A stretch of DNA of 60,611 bases from Selaginella moellendorffii (Eukaryota; Plantae; Lycopodiophyta). The DNA lies in assembly GCF_000143415.4 (NCBI RefSeq), contig NW_003314411.1, positions 1 to 60,611 of the forward strand, read 5' to 3'. Positions 37,761-48,813 of the stretch are shown in pieces (position 1 is the first letter of the stretch; every line of letters starts with the position of its first letter). The notes under the pieces were generated by a model, which had not been told where the DNA came from, ran no database searches, and saw only the letters and a program-made list of their open reading frames with translations. The position numbers and the translations under genes were made by a program.

Positions 37761-38490
37761 GATTTTTTTTAAAACTGTTTTGATTCTAGGAGGAGCAAAG
37801 GAGAATACTTCTTGGTAAAAGATCCACCAAGTATAGCTTAACTTGGGAAGACACAAGACAGATGCCAGCCACTCTAAGGGTTGTGGACTAAACTCCAATT
37901 TTATGTTAGATTTAATTGCCGTGGTTTTGCAGGCTGTCCATGAAAGTCTGAGGCTTTCTAATGTTGTGGGGGTGGTGACACGTAAAATCACTAAGGATAT
38001 CAGCTACAAAGGTTTTATTACATATGATTGAAGCTAATTCCAATTGTTTGTCTACTTTGTTGGTGTTAACAAGGTTACACCTTGCCCAAAGATTGGATGA
38101 TTCATGTCTATATGCCACCAATTCACTTAGATGACAGCATTTACCCCAATGCAGCAAAATTTAATCCATCCAGATTTGAAGTATGGTATTTTTCATGTTT
38201 ATACTTAACCAAACCTTTTATTTTAGGTTCCAGCTAAAACTGGCACATTTATTCCATTTGGCTATGGAGATAGAATATGCCCAGGAAGAGCATTAAGTCA
38301 GTTAGAGCAAATGATTTTCATACACAGGCTTATCACAAAATACAGGTAAATTCTCTTGCTCCTCTTTTCTTGTCAACAAATTGTAATCTTTGATTGAAGA
38401 TGGGAGCCTGTCAATCCAAACAGTACAACAAGCTACTGGCCAATGCCATCCGTGAAAGATGGATACCTCGTACATGCTATGTCCATTTAG
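36638..38490 (+). CDS. Cytochrome P450, CYP85 clan (CYP707/722/716-like), apparently intact. Exons about 36638-36834, 36882-37191, 37250-37405, 37462-37722, 37790-37879, 37933-38011, 38074-38180, 38227-38345, 38400-38490
   Basis: N-terminal anchor, LPPGSHGLPLVGE, FGGHHTT, ESLR, FNPSRF and heme motif FGYGDRICPG. All introns are GT-AG and preserve the frame. Confidence 0.9.
37723..37762 (+). repeat. (ATT)n microsatellite in P450 intron 4 (shorter version at about 28769-28800)
   Basis: Direct observation. Confidence 0.9.
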
Positions 38491-38643
38491 TAAGAAATAA
38501 CAAGTTACAAAAGAAGACCAAGTAAATTCTGCACAATAAGATGATTTCTATTCAAATTCCAAATGATCTTCACAGAAGTCAATAAGATAAATCAAACGTG
38601 TTTTGGCATGCAGGTCTCGAACCTGTGTTCTATACTTCTGTTT

Positions 38644-38709
38644 TGGCCCATGGAGGTTTTCAGCTTGCGGTTTTTAGCACCACGCTATGACCCACTGAGC
38701 TAATAGGCC
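38644..38709 (-). pseudogene. tRNA-Ile(AAT)-derived remnant
   Basis: Reverse complement GGCCTATTAGCTCAGTGGGTCATAGCGTGGTGCTAA...CATGGGCCA. Confidence 0.75.
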
Positions 38710-38744
38710 TTCGTTCTGATTACAGGTTGTTAATGTTGACGCCT

Positions 38745-40100
38745 TCTCTCTCGCAGCGTCCAGCAAATCGGCCATGCATTCGTTGTGCTCCACTCCAGGA
38801 CTCGTTCCATACCTGGAGCTCATCGACTTCAGAAGCTCACGGCCCCTCTCCACGAGCCCGGCATGGCTACAAGCATCGTCACACTGTCCGCCAGGAGGCC
38901 GTCGTCCATCATCCCACCAAAGAGATGGAAAACCTGTCCCGGCGTGACTATATCCTGCCAGTAGCGACATCAAGTTACCAAGTTCCTCTCTGGAAGCGAA
39001 TCGAAATACCTCGTGAGCTCTGGACACCATCCCGGACGCCAAGTACAAGTCCACGAGTTTGCTGCCGACCTGTGTCTCGCACTCTACACAAGAATCAGCG
39101 TGGAAGGTGCCGGTTTCGATCGAAACTCCGTCCCGGCAGGCTCCCAGTGCTGCGACGAACGAGGCCGAGTTCAGATGGCATCCTTCATGTCGCATTGGAT
39201 CAAAGAGCTCGCAAGCCTTTTTCACCTTCACTATTTTCAACGTATCCCGCCAGGACGCCGCTCCATTCCATCGAAGGGCGGCCTGCGTACATGTCCACCA
39301 AGTTGTTCGTGAGGAAGAAGTCGCAGCAGCCATACCTGATAGCTTCCGACTGCACGGTCCATAGAGTTTATCTGAACTTGATTGGTGCTGGATTTCTTCT
39401 TTCGCTGCGAGGCCGGTGCAAGCTTTCGATGCAGCAAGAAAGCTCCGAGCATTTGGTCGGCAGTTTCTCGCTCTGGACAGCGCTCATGCTGGGATACGCA
39501 GAAAATGGCGAAGAAGATCTGACGGAAGCTGTTTACAGAGCTAAGACCGCCAAAGAACGACGTTGCATGACTCCAGTTTGTCGATCCTCTGGGCTCCCAC
39601 AGAGTACGCATGCTGGCCATGACCAGGCTGGTGTCAAGTCCTCTTCTCGCCGCCTAGGCATGAACAGCCATGCCTTTCTCCAAAGCAAAAGCTTTGACGA
39701 GCCTCACTTCTTTCTACTGCAAGCCTTGAGAACTGCCACAAAACTCAGATGATCCGGTTGGAGCCGAGTCGAGAGAAATCGAGAGAAACCTCAAAGGCCA
39801 CTTCTTCTTCGAGGTTCGTTGCATATCCCAGCACTAGAGCGTTCCAGGAGACCGTGTTTGGAGAGATGATCTTCTCAAAAGCTCTGCGAGCATCGGCCAT
39901 GCTCCCACACTTAGTGTACATATCCACCGACGTGTTTCCGACAAAAACATCACTAGATCGATGCTCTCGAGCCACTCGGAAGAATTTTTTGGAATCCTCT
40001 TGCGGAAGCTCGCTTACCTGATTTCGAGAGAAATCTGGCGGCTGGATCGGTCGCGTCATTCCATTCTTCGCGGGGAAAAATGCTAGAAAGCTCTGCACTG
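38745..40100 (-). pseudogene. Second inverted, deletion-riddled copy of the PLS PPR gene
   Basis: ACSHAGLVERGRELLKSMSSRYG and NTVSWNALVLGYATN; frameshifts. Confidence 0.9.
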
Positions 40101-40109
40101 CTCGAAGAA

Positions 40110-41010
40110 TTTTAGCGAGGGCAAGCTGCCATTGCCCGAGAGCGAGAAGAGAAAGAGCGCCCGAGCGGTATCTTCTTTATATTCCCCTTGGCTATCTTTA
40201 ACTGAGAATGCATGTGTTGCTGAAAATCTATCGCTGCGGTACAAGAATTTTTCCATTTTAAGGCTCTAAACTCAAGAGAAATGTATCTCAGAGAACTCAG
40301 TAGTTTCATCGTCAAACAAAGTCGTTTGGCCCCGTGGAAGACGATGAGAATTGTATGAAACCTCACATGATCAGTCGGTTTATCAAGGAAGACTCAAATC
40401 TGAATGGTTTCATGGCGATCCAACACCCGAGGCCACCACACAACCTACTTCGTTCATTTGCCACCTTTCGGTTCTGCTGCTATCGGGCGCAGCAAACCTA
40501 AGGCTTGGAAGTGGGGTTTCCAACCGCTTCTACGAGTGATCAGGAGATACCGCAAGTGCATGGGCCCAGTCCAGATCAAACGAGCCTTGGCAGCCTGGTC
40601 GAGCTCAAGAAATCCGGCAAGCACAGGCAAACAAACACGAAGCAAACAAGGTGAATACCGTACCTTATGACAGTGCCTTAACACCGGCGTTCTAAGGATG
40701 GGGATCGTGTTGGAGGCGTGTAGAACGGCGTCCGAGTTTATCCGAGACAAAGATCGCAACAAATGTATGCTGGTAAGTTTCCATTTGGTTTGTAACTCCG
40801 AGAAATCTCTCTTTCCATCGGTGGGTTGTTCGTATGAAAATGGCAAGGGCGCTGGCATGACAAATCGTCCAACCGTTTTAATCGTCAAGCCAAGCATTCC
40901 ACTCGGGCTCCATGCTGAATTTGTGCAAGGGAGACTCAGCCGACACTTCTGAAAAACTTCGAGGCATGGCGAGTGACTCGTCCGGCTCGTTTTCGAGATT
41001 CTCCCTATCC
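40110..41010 (+). pseudogene. Second fragmented inverted copy of ARC3
   Basis: Duplicate of 31110-32040; contains LHAEFVQGR. Confidence 0.8.
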
Positions 41011-41304
41011 ATCCTTGATCGCGTGATTCTTCCTTCTTTCTAGCCTTCACCGCCATCGACGCGCAACGCCCTCGGCCCTGGAGCGAACTAGTTTCTGATG
41101 TGCCAGCATTCAGGGTGGATATTTGGGCGCGGCCGAGCGATTGTTCTTCGGAGATGGCGGATTTCCAATCCGAGGTCCCAGCACCTTTTTATGCTAGAAA
41201 ATTCCAGGTTGTTTAGATCTCTCTCACCTTTCTTCAACTTAACTAACATCCAAGTTCTGTACTCGAACCTTTTCAATACGTTCTCTTCCAGCCTAGGGTA
41301 TAGA

Positions 41305-42860
41305 ATGGGCCTGTGGTTGAAGCATGGCGAAGGTTTTGGCCTCGTGGGCGATGGAACCAAGCTGCCGGTAAGGGCTATCGCTGCGTTTTGGAAGCTGGAT
41401 CCCGCGACTCTGTGTATTGGCGACGATGTGCTGCTCGCGGATGCAACTGGAACCTCCATCTTCGACGTGGAATCCATCCGGCAGACGGCAGTCAGGAGTG
41501 GCCTGGGCGATGGCAGCTCCAAAGACGCAGCCATCATCGCTCAAGAAGAAGAAGAAATACAAATACCAAATTGGGCAGAGATGAGCCGCAAGCGGCTCGA
41601 GGCATCGCGGCAGCTGGACGAAGAGTTCCGCCAGGTGTTCTTCAAGGCCGAGGGAGCTATCCACGCTTACCACAACCGGGTAAGGGAAGCAGCCGACGAT
41701 ATCCGGGCAAGTGGTTCTATCGCGTGGGTCGCCAGGATGACGAAGAGCTCGACGCCACAAACAGGTGTGGAATGGTGACGCTGGTGAGGCCGGATGGAAC
41801 TTGCGTCACGAGCTACGCTTGCATGAAGAAGAAGGCGGAGGAGGAATCCGATGGCAAGCGCTACGTTGTGTGCGTGGACGGGAGGCGATACGAGTGCGTG
41901 TCAGAGGTGGCGGGTGGAGTGGGAGTTTTAACTCCCGCGCAGGGATGCTCCCAGAGCTTCTCGGCCTGCGCGGTGGTGGCGCCGATGCCAGGGCCGTGGC
42001 TGACGGTGGTGTCGGCGTCGTGGGACCATGACGGGAACAAGAAGCCGCTGCTCGTGGCCGGAACATCGGTGGGAGGCGATGGCGGACGATTTGAGGATCT
42101 CTTGGAGTACGAGACGAGCTGTCAATTCCCTCCTTACCGTCATATCATGCTGTCATGCGACGGGGCAAAGATCGAGTGTGGAGCGCCAGTGATGACTCCC
42201 AGGGGTAGCTTGACGGGCGTGGTGGTGGGATTTGGGAAGCTCAGGAATGACAAGAGGAGGTCCAAGAAACTAAAGCCGCCATACAATTTTCCCATCACCA
42301 AGGGAGACTTTGGGCGCTTCTTTAAAGGAGTGCCGGAATCCATCGCCGAAGGTAAGCAAGCTTGTTGAGGCATTTGGAGTGATTTTGTTTGTCAGCAGAT
42401 TGCAGGGCCGGGGTGGAGGTGAATTGCATGTACTACAATACCGTCGAAGGCAAGATTGGCTTCCCAGCTATTGAATGGAGGGTATGTTCCTACTATTATG
42501 ATCCTTGTCAGTCAACTTACACACTTAGGTGCAGCACAAGAACTACTTCAAAGCAGATGGTACAATTGTTCGGTTAAGCTGCCTGGAACACCGTGATCGA
42601 ATCCTTCGCCCTCGCGGGATTGGTAGACGCGCTCGATAGGGATCAAGCCCGATGGATCCACGCTTTAGGACTCAATTCTTCCTGGGGATTCGGCCTCGAT
42701 CCGGGAAAAGAACACTATAGCTGCCTTGTATTCCATGGCGGCTGGATTGGAGGGAGCGGCGGAGAATGTGGTGCCCCGGAGTGGAGCGCCATACGTGATC
42801 TTGTCGAGCGCCATCGCCGTGGAATCCTTGAGACAATAGGATATACTGCATTTTCATAAA
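41305..42860 (+). pseudogene. Uncharacterised gene with a trypsin-like-looking domain (copy 2, most complete, frameshifted)
   Basis: MGLWLKHGE... in one frame, then WFYRVG...ECGAPV...GVVVG in another. Two short introns near 42352 and 42482. Confidence 0.55.
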
Positions 42861-43355
42861 ACAATTGTCACATTTGGAGATTATTCTATTCTTGACATTG
42901 TCCATACCTTCAAAAGATGTTGTTTCTACGGGACGCGTTGGACAAGAGCTCATCAGCATCGACAACGAGAACGTCACCCCTCCGCAAATTGAAGGTGATC
43001 GAATCAAGTTTCTTCTCTCATTTTCTGATAAAAGTTTTCCCACCGTTTGTAGTGACTGCCGTTACCAGTAAGATCTGTCGCTTCTTCATGCCTGAACTCT
43101 AGAGACTTAAGACATACTGTTCGTCAACTAAAACCATTTCAGGGCACGCAGATGTAGTGTCCTGAAACGCCCCGCAGTTGCAAACATCGTGCCCTTGCAT
43201 ATGGCCTTTTCTACATTCCACGAAGAAAAAGAAACAGAGATACCACTCGTTAGCTATGAAGCACTCTCGATTAGGATGAACTGCGGGAACGTCAAGGCCT
43301 GTGCTTCGAGTATGGAGCTAAGAAACCATTAGATTTGATCGATTACAATTTCTGC

Positions 43356-45235
43356 CTAAAAATTAGAGAAGGCCTTTTGTGGCACCAGCTCAAAGTCGTC
43401 ACTGTCATAGCGCGTCCGTTCTCTTCCTACCTGGAAAATAACTCGCGAGAAGGAAGCTTGTTAGCACAACACAAACGAGGAGATTTGATTCATAGCTTAC
43501 TTTGCTGAGGAAGGCCTGATCACAAGACACTTGCTCGTCTACAGCCGTCAGCTTCTTCGCTAGCCTGATCACCCTGCGGCAAGGAATAGCAACGCATTCA
43601 ACTTCTTACTTGCAATGGAAAGGGAAGAGCTTACTTCTGGATTTCGGAATGAAGACGCTGGCTCATCTCCCGCGTCTTGTACTGCTCCGAGTCCTCTTGG
43701 AAGCGAACCATCCCATCCTTTTGATTTATAGTGGCAAAAATCTCTCCATCTTGTATCTGTAAGACAGCACCAGGTATGAACGAGTGTAAAAGAACGATGA
43801 CATGGGGCTCAAACCATTTGAAGGACGTGCAGCTCGGCATCCTTGGCGCTCTCCAGCTGAACAGTCTGTGCGATGTCTTGTAAAGACAGGGTGAGGTACG
43901 TTTGAGTAAGTCTTTGTATGTTCCTCTTGTAAAGGGATGCCACCACTTGCTTCGCCAAACCCAAGTTCTTGTCCTGTGCGTAACAAGTTAAAAGAGGTCG
44001 AGAGTTTTCTCTTCTTACATTTCTAAAGGCTTCTTCGTGACTGGTAAGGCAGCGTTGGAGATCCGTGATGTTGCGATTGTTGTACACAGTAACCAACTCT
44101 ATATAGCCCTGCAAGTTTGCGAGGAATGTAAAATACTGACTGTGGAAACTTCAAGCTACCTGACAGCATCCTTTCAAATTCCTCTGGACGATGGAGGGCG
44201 TGTACTTTGGGAAGGGAGGCACCTACGAGGATTTCTTGTTACTTCACAAACGTAGACGGCAAAGGCCACAGAATTACCTGACCGTTGTGAATCAGGCACA
44301 CCAGTACGTACTTCTTGTATGCCTCCACTGCTATGGCATTCATCACGTGAGCAGGAGCTGTGAAGGCCTACCAAGTGAAACAAATAAAAATAAGACCGTG
44401 TCTGGCTGATTAAGAATCTCTTACATGCTGCAGTAACTCCATGGCTCGCAAGAAATTCTTCAAGCCGATTTGTACCATGCCGCTGGAAGTAAGAGTAAGT
44501 TTACTGCAAGAAATGAGAAAAGGAAATCGAAGACCACGTACCCGTAGTAGCAGTAGAGCAAGTAGTCTTTGGGAACAAGCCCGGTCTTCTTGGGGTCTAT
44601 CTCAAAGATCTGGTCCTCCAGGATCGGAGCAGCAGCCTTGTAGCACTTGGAGAGCAAACACACGAGCAAAAAATCCGCATGAATGGGCGTCAAGTACTCG
44701 GAGGATGGCTGGAACTTCCTGATGGCGACTTGGAGTGGAAGAACAGCACGAATGGGCCTGTGCATGTTCATCGCGTGTTCCCTTAGCTTCCGGCACAGGG
44801 AATTGACTATAGCACCACAGAAAACACCATGAGCTAACAAGTTCTTTGATTCTCCAAGAACAAGAGAAAACAAAGAAAGAAGGAGAACTCACATTTATCC
44901 GGGCAGTAGCGAATCTGCTCGGGCGAACAAACCGTGATAAAGTTCGTCACGGACATGAGGAAATTCTCGGCCTCCTCTCTCGAGGGCCCGGCAGACCATC
45001 TCCCATCCCTGATTACAGAAAAGGTCTCTCTTTGTCTCAAAGAAACAATCGAAACTTACAGAATGAAAAGGAAGCCGAGGGAATGCTTGGCAGGATCCAA
45101 GGCGTGGAGCGCCGGCTGCAATCGCGCGCCCTGGGATCGCATCGCGTCATCGTTCTGGCGCAGGAGGACGAGAAGCTGGCCGAGATCATCCGCGCTTCCA
45201 GACAGCCCTTGGACCTGTGTGACGAGCTGCTCCAT
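43356..45235 (-). CDS. CSN3: COP9 signalosome subunit 3 (multi-exon)
   Basis: MEQLVTQVQGLS, LDPAKHSLGFL, LTPIHADFLLVCLLSKCY, LLYCYYG, EAYKKYVLV, NIQRLTQTYLTLSLQDIA, GEIFATINQKDGMVRF. Confidence 0.95.
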
Positions 45236-45240
45236 CGATA

Positions 45241-45249
45241 AACCCTAAA
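45241..45249 (+). promoter_or_regulatory. Telo-box in the shared CSN3/CHZ promoter
   Basis: AAACCCTAA between divergent ATGs. Confidence 0.55.
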
Positions 45250-45316
45250 ATATTTTTTTCCGCCACTCCCCGGAATCGAGCTCTAGATCTGCGTGAAGAA
45301 AGCCCTAGTAAAAAAA

Positions 45317-46255
45317 ATGGCGGATGGAAGTGGAGGAGAGGCCGCCCTGGCGATGGCAGAGGTGAAGAGAAGAGCGCGCGATGAGATCGCCGGCGACGCT
45401 GCTGCTGGAGGCAAGAGATTACGCGCGACGGAGCTCTTCGATGAGCCGCTCGCGGCGGCGTCGCGGCCATCGCCAGGGATCAAGCACCAGGCGCAGGAGA
45501 ATGGGGTAAGCATCAGGGACGAGGAATTCGCGACCGCCGAGGTTGTGAATGCCAGCCGGGGCAGCGCAGCGGCCGTGGAAGATTTCGGGGAGGAGGAGGA
45601 TGGACTGCGGTCGGATGTAGAGGAGGAGGAAGAGGAGGAGTTTGTAGATGAGACCGAGAGCGACGAAGAGGACGATGATGGGGAAGAAGGGGATTACACG
45701 GACGAGGACGACTACAGCGATGTGGAGCTCCAGCTATCGGGCGCTCAAAATCGCCCGAGAAGGATAGAGAAGGGGATCGTCCTGGACAAGGGGAAGAACA
45801 AGGCGGCGGCGGCGGCGGCGGCTCCTCCGCAGGACTACAAAGGCAAAGGCAAGGCGATCGTCCAGGAGGAGGACAGTAGCAGCGACGATAGCGAAGTGGG
45901 CGTGGACGAGGACGAGTTCCTCAAGGCAAACATGGCAGCGCTCAGGGACGCCGATGCGCTGGAGGAGGTGGACTTGAACAACATTCTTCCCACAAGGACG
46001 CGCCGGCGGACGATCCAGCAGCCCGTCCATTGCGATGATCCTGGCAATGGATCCAGCGAGGAGGACGAAGACTATGTTGCCGGTGGCGAGCTCGGCACTC
46101 CAGGAGGAGGAGGAGGAGGAGGAGGTAGGCAAACACAGAAAAAAAGTCGATTTCTTTTCTTCCAGATCGAGCTGAAACTTCGTCCGTGGTTTTCCAGGGA
46201 AATGATCACGCTGCTGTACGTGGTATGTTCTTCCATTTCTTTTCTCTGTCGCTGA
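45317..46255 (+). CDS. Acidic protein with a histone chaperone CHZ-like motif (3' end uncertain, possible short introns)
   Basis: D/E-rich; KGKGKA; DALEEVDLNNILPTRTRRR matches the CHZ signature. Confidence 0.75.
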   Translation: MADGSGGEAALAMAEVKRRARDEIAGDAAAGGKRLRATELFDEPLAAASRPSPGIKHQAQENGVSIRDEEFATAEVVNASRGSAAAVEDFGEEEDGLRSDVEEEEEEEFVDETESDEEDDDGEEGDYTDEDDYSDVELQLSGAQNRPRRIEKGIVLDKGKNKAAAAAAAPPQDYKGKGKAIVQEEDSSSDDSEVGVDEDEFLKANMAALRDADALEEVDLNNILPTRTRRRTIQQPVHCDDPGNGSSEEDEDYVAGGELGTPGGGGGGGGRQTQKKSRFLFFQIELKLRPWFSREMITLLYVVCSSISFLCR

Positions 46256-47254
46256 GATCTCTTAGATTTGATCGTGTGATAGTTTTGGTGGTCTGTGAAT
46301 GCAGGTGACCTGTTGCCTATGCGTATTTCATTGCTGCAAAATGTTTGCCAGTTTTGATGCAATGTAGGGTTTTTTTGTCTTCCTGGTAACTTTTATTTTC
46401 TTACTTTCTAACTCAATGTAAATATTGGATTTTCAACTACCTCCTCGAATATTCTTCTAGTGTAGGGCGCCGAAATCAGGCGCTCTCCGTTTCGATTTCC
46501 ATGGCAATGCCTTCTCCGGCAAGGGGAAATCTCACAGGATTGTCTTCGGGCTCCAGCATCGTCTGTCCGAAATGCCAGGAAGAATGTTCCCAGGAATTGA
46601 TGAGCGAGTTCATTGGGACGAGGAGCTCGACGCCAAAATGTGTGGAATGGTGAAGGCTGGTGACGCCTACGTGAAGGCCAAGCGACACCACATATTAAGC
46701 TCGCCGAAAAATCTCTCTTTTGCCTTGCGAGCTTTTGTTTTGCATGGAAAATGATGTTCCAGAAGACCAGGTTTCAAAGCAAGTATTGCCCACTACATTC
46801 CTCTCCGGCAGACCATCTTTGGAAAGACAATAAGGCGGCATTTTGCGATTTATCTCTGCGAGCAAATGATGTTCCAAAAGACCAGATTTCAATAAAATCT
46901 TTGCCTCGTTCGGCAGACCATCTTTGCAAAGGTGACATGCCCATCTTCCGAATAGATATGAAGCATCACTGTCCACGAAAAGAGGTTCTTCTCGCTCATC
47001 TCCTCGAACATTTACCACGCACAAAAAATTCGAGCTCAAAAACACTCCGGTAATCCAGATGATAAGGAACGTCAAGGTGGAGCTAAGACATAGCCATCCT
47101 TTGCCTACGACGCACAAAACTTTGCAGGTTTCAGCCGAACGTGTTTGGAACGTTTGCGAACGCGTTCGGCCGTTCGCAAACGCTTTTGGTCCTGGAGCCG
47201 AACGTTCACGAACGCGTTTGGCGTTTGGCGTTTGGAGTTTGGCGAACTTGAATC

Positions 47255-47645
47255 GGTGCCAGCATTCAGGATGGAGATTCGGGCGAGGCTGAGCGATTGT
47301 TCTTCGGAGCGCCAGATCTTGCCTCCGCGAGGAAAATGATCGAGCGTGGACAACGATGCTTCAGGCCTATTTGGAAGATGGGCTTGTTATCTTCGCAGCT
47401 CTATGTTTTTATTGAATGCCGAGTGAGCTTCTTGCGTATGCCCGAAATGGGCAAACTATTGCCCATCTGTGTCTGCAAATTGCAGCCATGCCCGAGACAA
47501 ATGCTGTGTCATCGCGGATGGTGCCAAGCGTATGCCTCCATGCCAGATCGAGACACAGTCTCCTGGAATCTTCTACTCCATTCCTGGGTCTTCGAGAGGA
47601 AGATTGATCGTGCAGGGCACTATCTGGCAAATCGATGCGCGCCAT
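47255..47645 (+). pseudogene. PLS PPR fragments
   Basis: LLAYARNGQ and MPDRDTVSWNLLL. Confidence 0.5.
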
Positions 47646-47859
47646 GCAACAGGAAAGGAATATAAAAATCGGGTTTTTATCAGAGCGCGATGTCGTGCTC
47701 CAGATCTGGGGGCGTTTGCATAGTAATTACCCGCGGGCGTTTGAATAATCCAAGAATTACCCGCCATACTTTTGTCATACAATCCAGATTCCATGACCTG
47801 GTCTTGTCAATGGTTACATCTCGGGTTACATTTACAAGGAGCATGACCGCGACATCACT

Positions 47860-48496
47860 TGGCAGCTTTACGCTCTTGGACCTCCTCTTGTCATACCTGA
47901 GCTTTCCACGCACACAACGTAGCGCTTGCCATCGGATTCCTCCTAGCTCGTGACGCATTTGCGGCGTCGAGCTCGTCGTCCTGGCGATCCACGTGATAGA
48001 ACCAGCCGATGAACTGGCTCGCCTCGGCCTCGAGCACCCGGATATCGTCGGCTGCTTCCCTTACCCGGTTGTGGTAAGCGTGGATCGCTCCCTCCGCCTT
48101 GAAGAACACCTGGCGGAACTCGTCGTCCAGCTGCCGCGATGCCTCCAGCTTGCGGCTCGTCCCAGAGGTCTTTGGAGCTGCCGTCGCCCAGGCCACTCCT
48201 GACTGCCGTCTGCATCTTCTCCTGGAAGTATGACAACGCTCTCGGTCATTACGTGGAACTGTCGGGGGCTCAGCTCTGACGACAGTCGTCTCAACAAGCG
48301 GGCCCAGCTCCGGATGGATTCCACGTCGAAGATGGAGGTTCCAGTTGCATCCGCGAGCAGCACATCGTCGCCAATACAGAGCCGCGGGATCCAGCTTCCA
48401 AAAGGCAGCGATGGCGCTTACCAGCAGCTTGGTTCCATCACTCACGAGACCAAAACGTTTGGCCTCCTGCTCCCCATGCTTCAACCACAGGCCCAT
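47860..48496 (-). pseudogene. Third (inverted) disrupted copy of the uncharacterised trypsin-like gene
   Basis: MGLWLKHGEQEAKRFGLV...LEASRQLDDEFRQVFFKAEGAIHAYHNRV. Confidence 0.7.
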
Positions 48497-48813
48497 GAGT
48501 ATTTGAGTATTTGAGTAATCTGGCTGGAGAAAGTGTGCCAGCCTTCTATCGGGAAATTAGGCGAGCGAGATCATCTTCGCGATAAATTCCAATAGCGCCA
48601 CTCTGCAGGATCATTTCAAAACCAGGATACCGCGTCCCTGCGAGGAGCTGATGGGATCATCCTCGCGCACAGGTAATCGACTAACGAGCTTAGTGAGGAT
48701 GGAACTCTTGATATAGGCCGTTGTTCCTCCCGGAAGGACGTTACTGCTTGTTTTCCAGGCGGTGTTCATGCCCGCAGCTCCATGCAGCGTCAAGCCAAGG
48801 TGATAGAATGATA

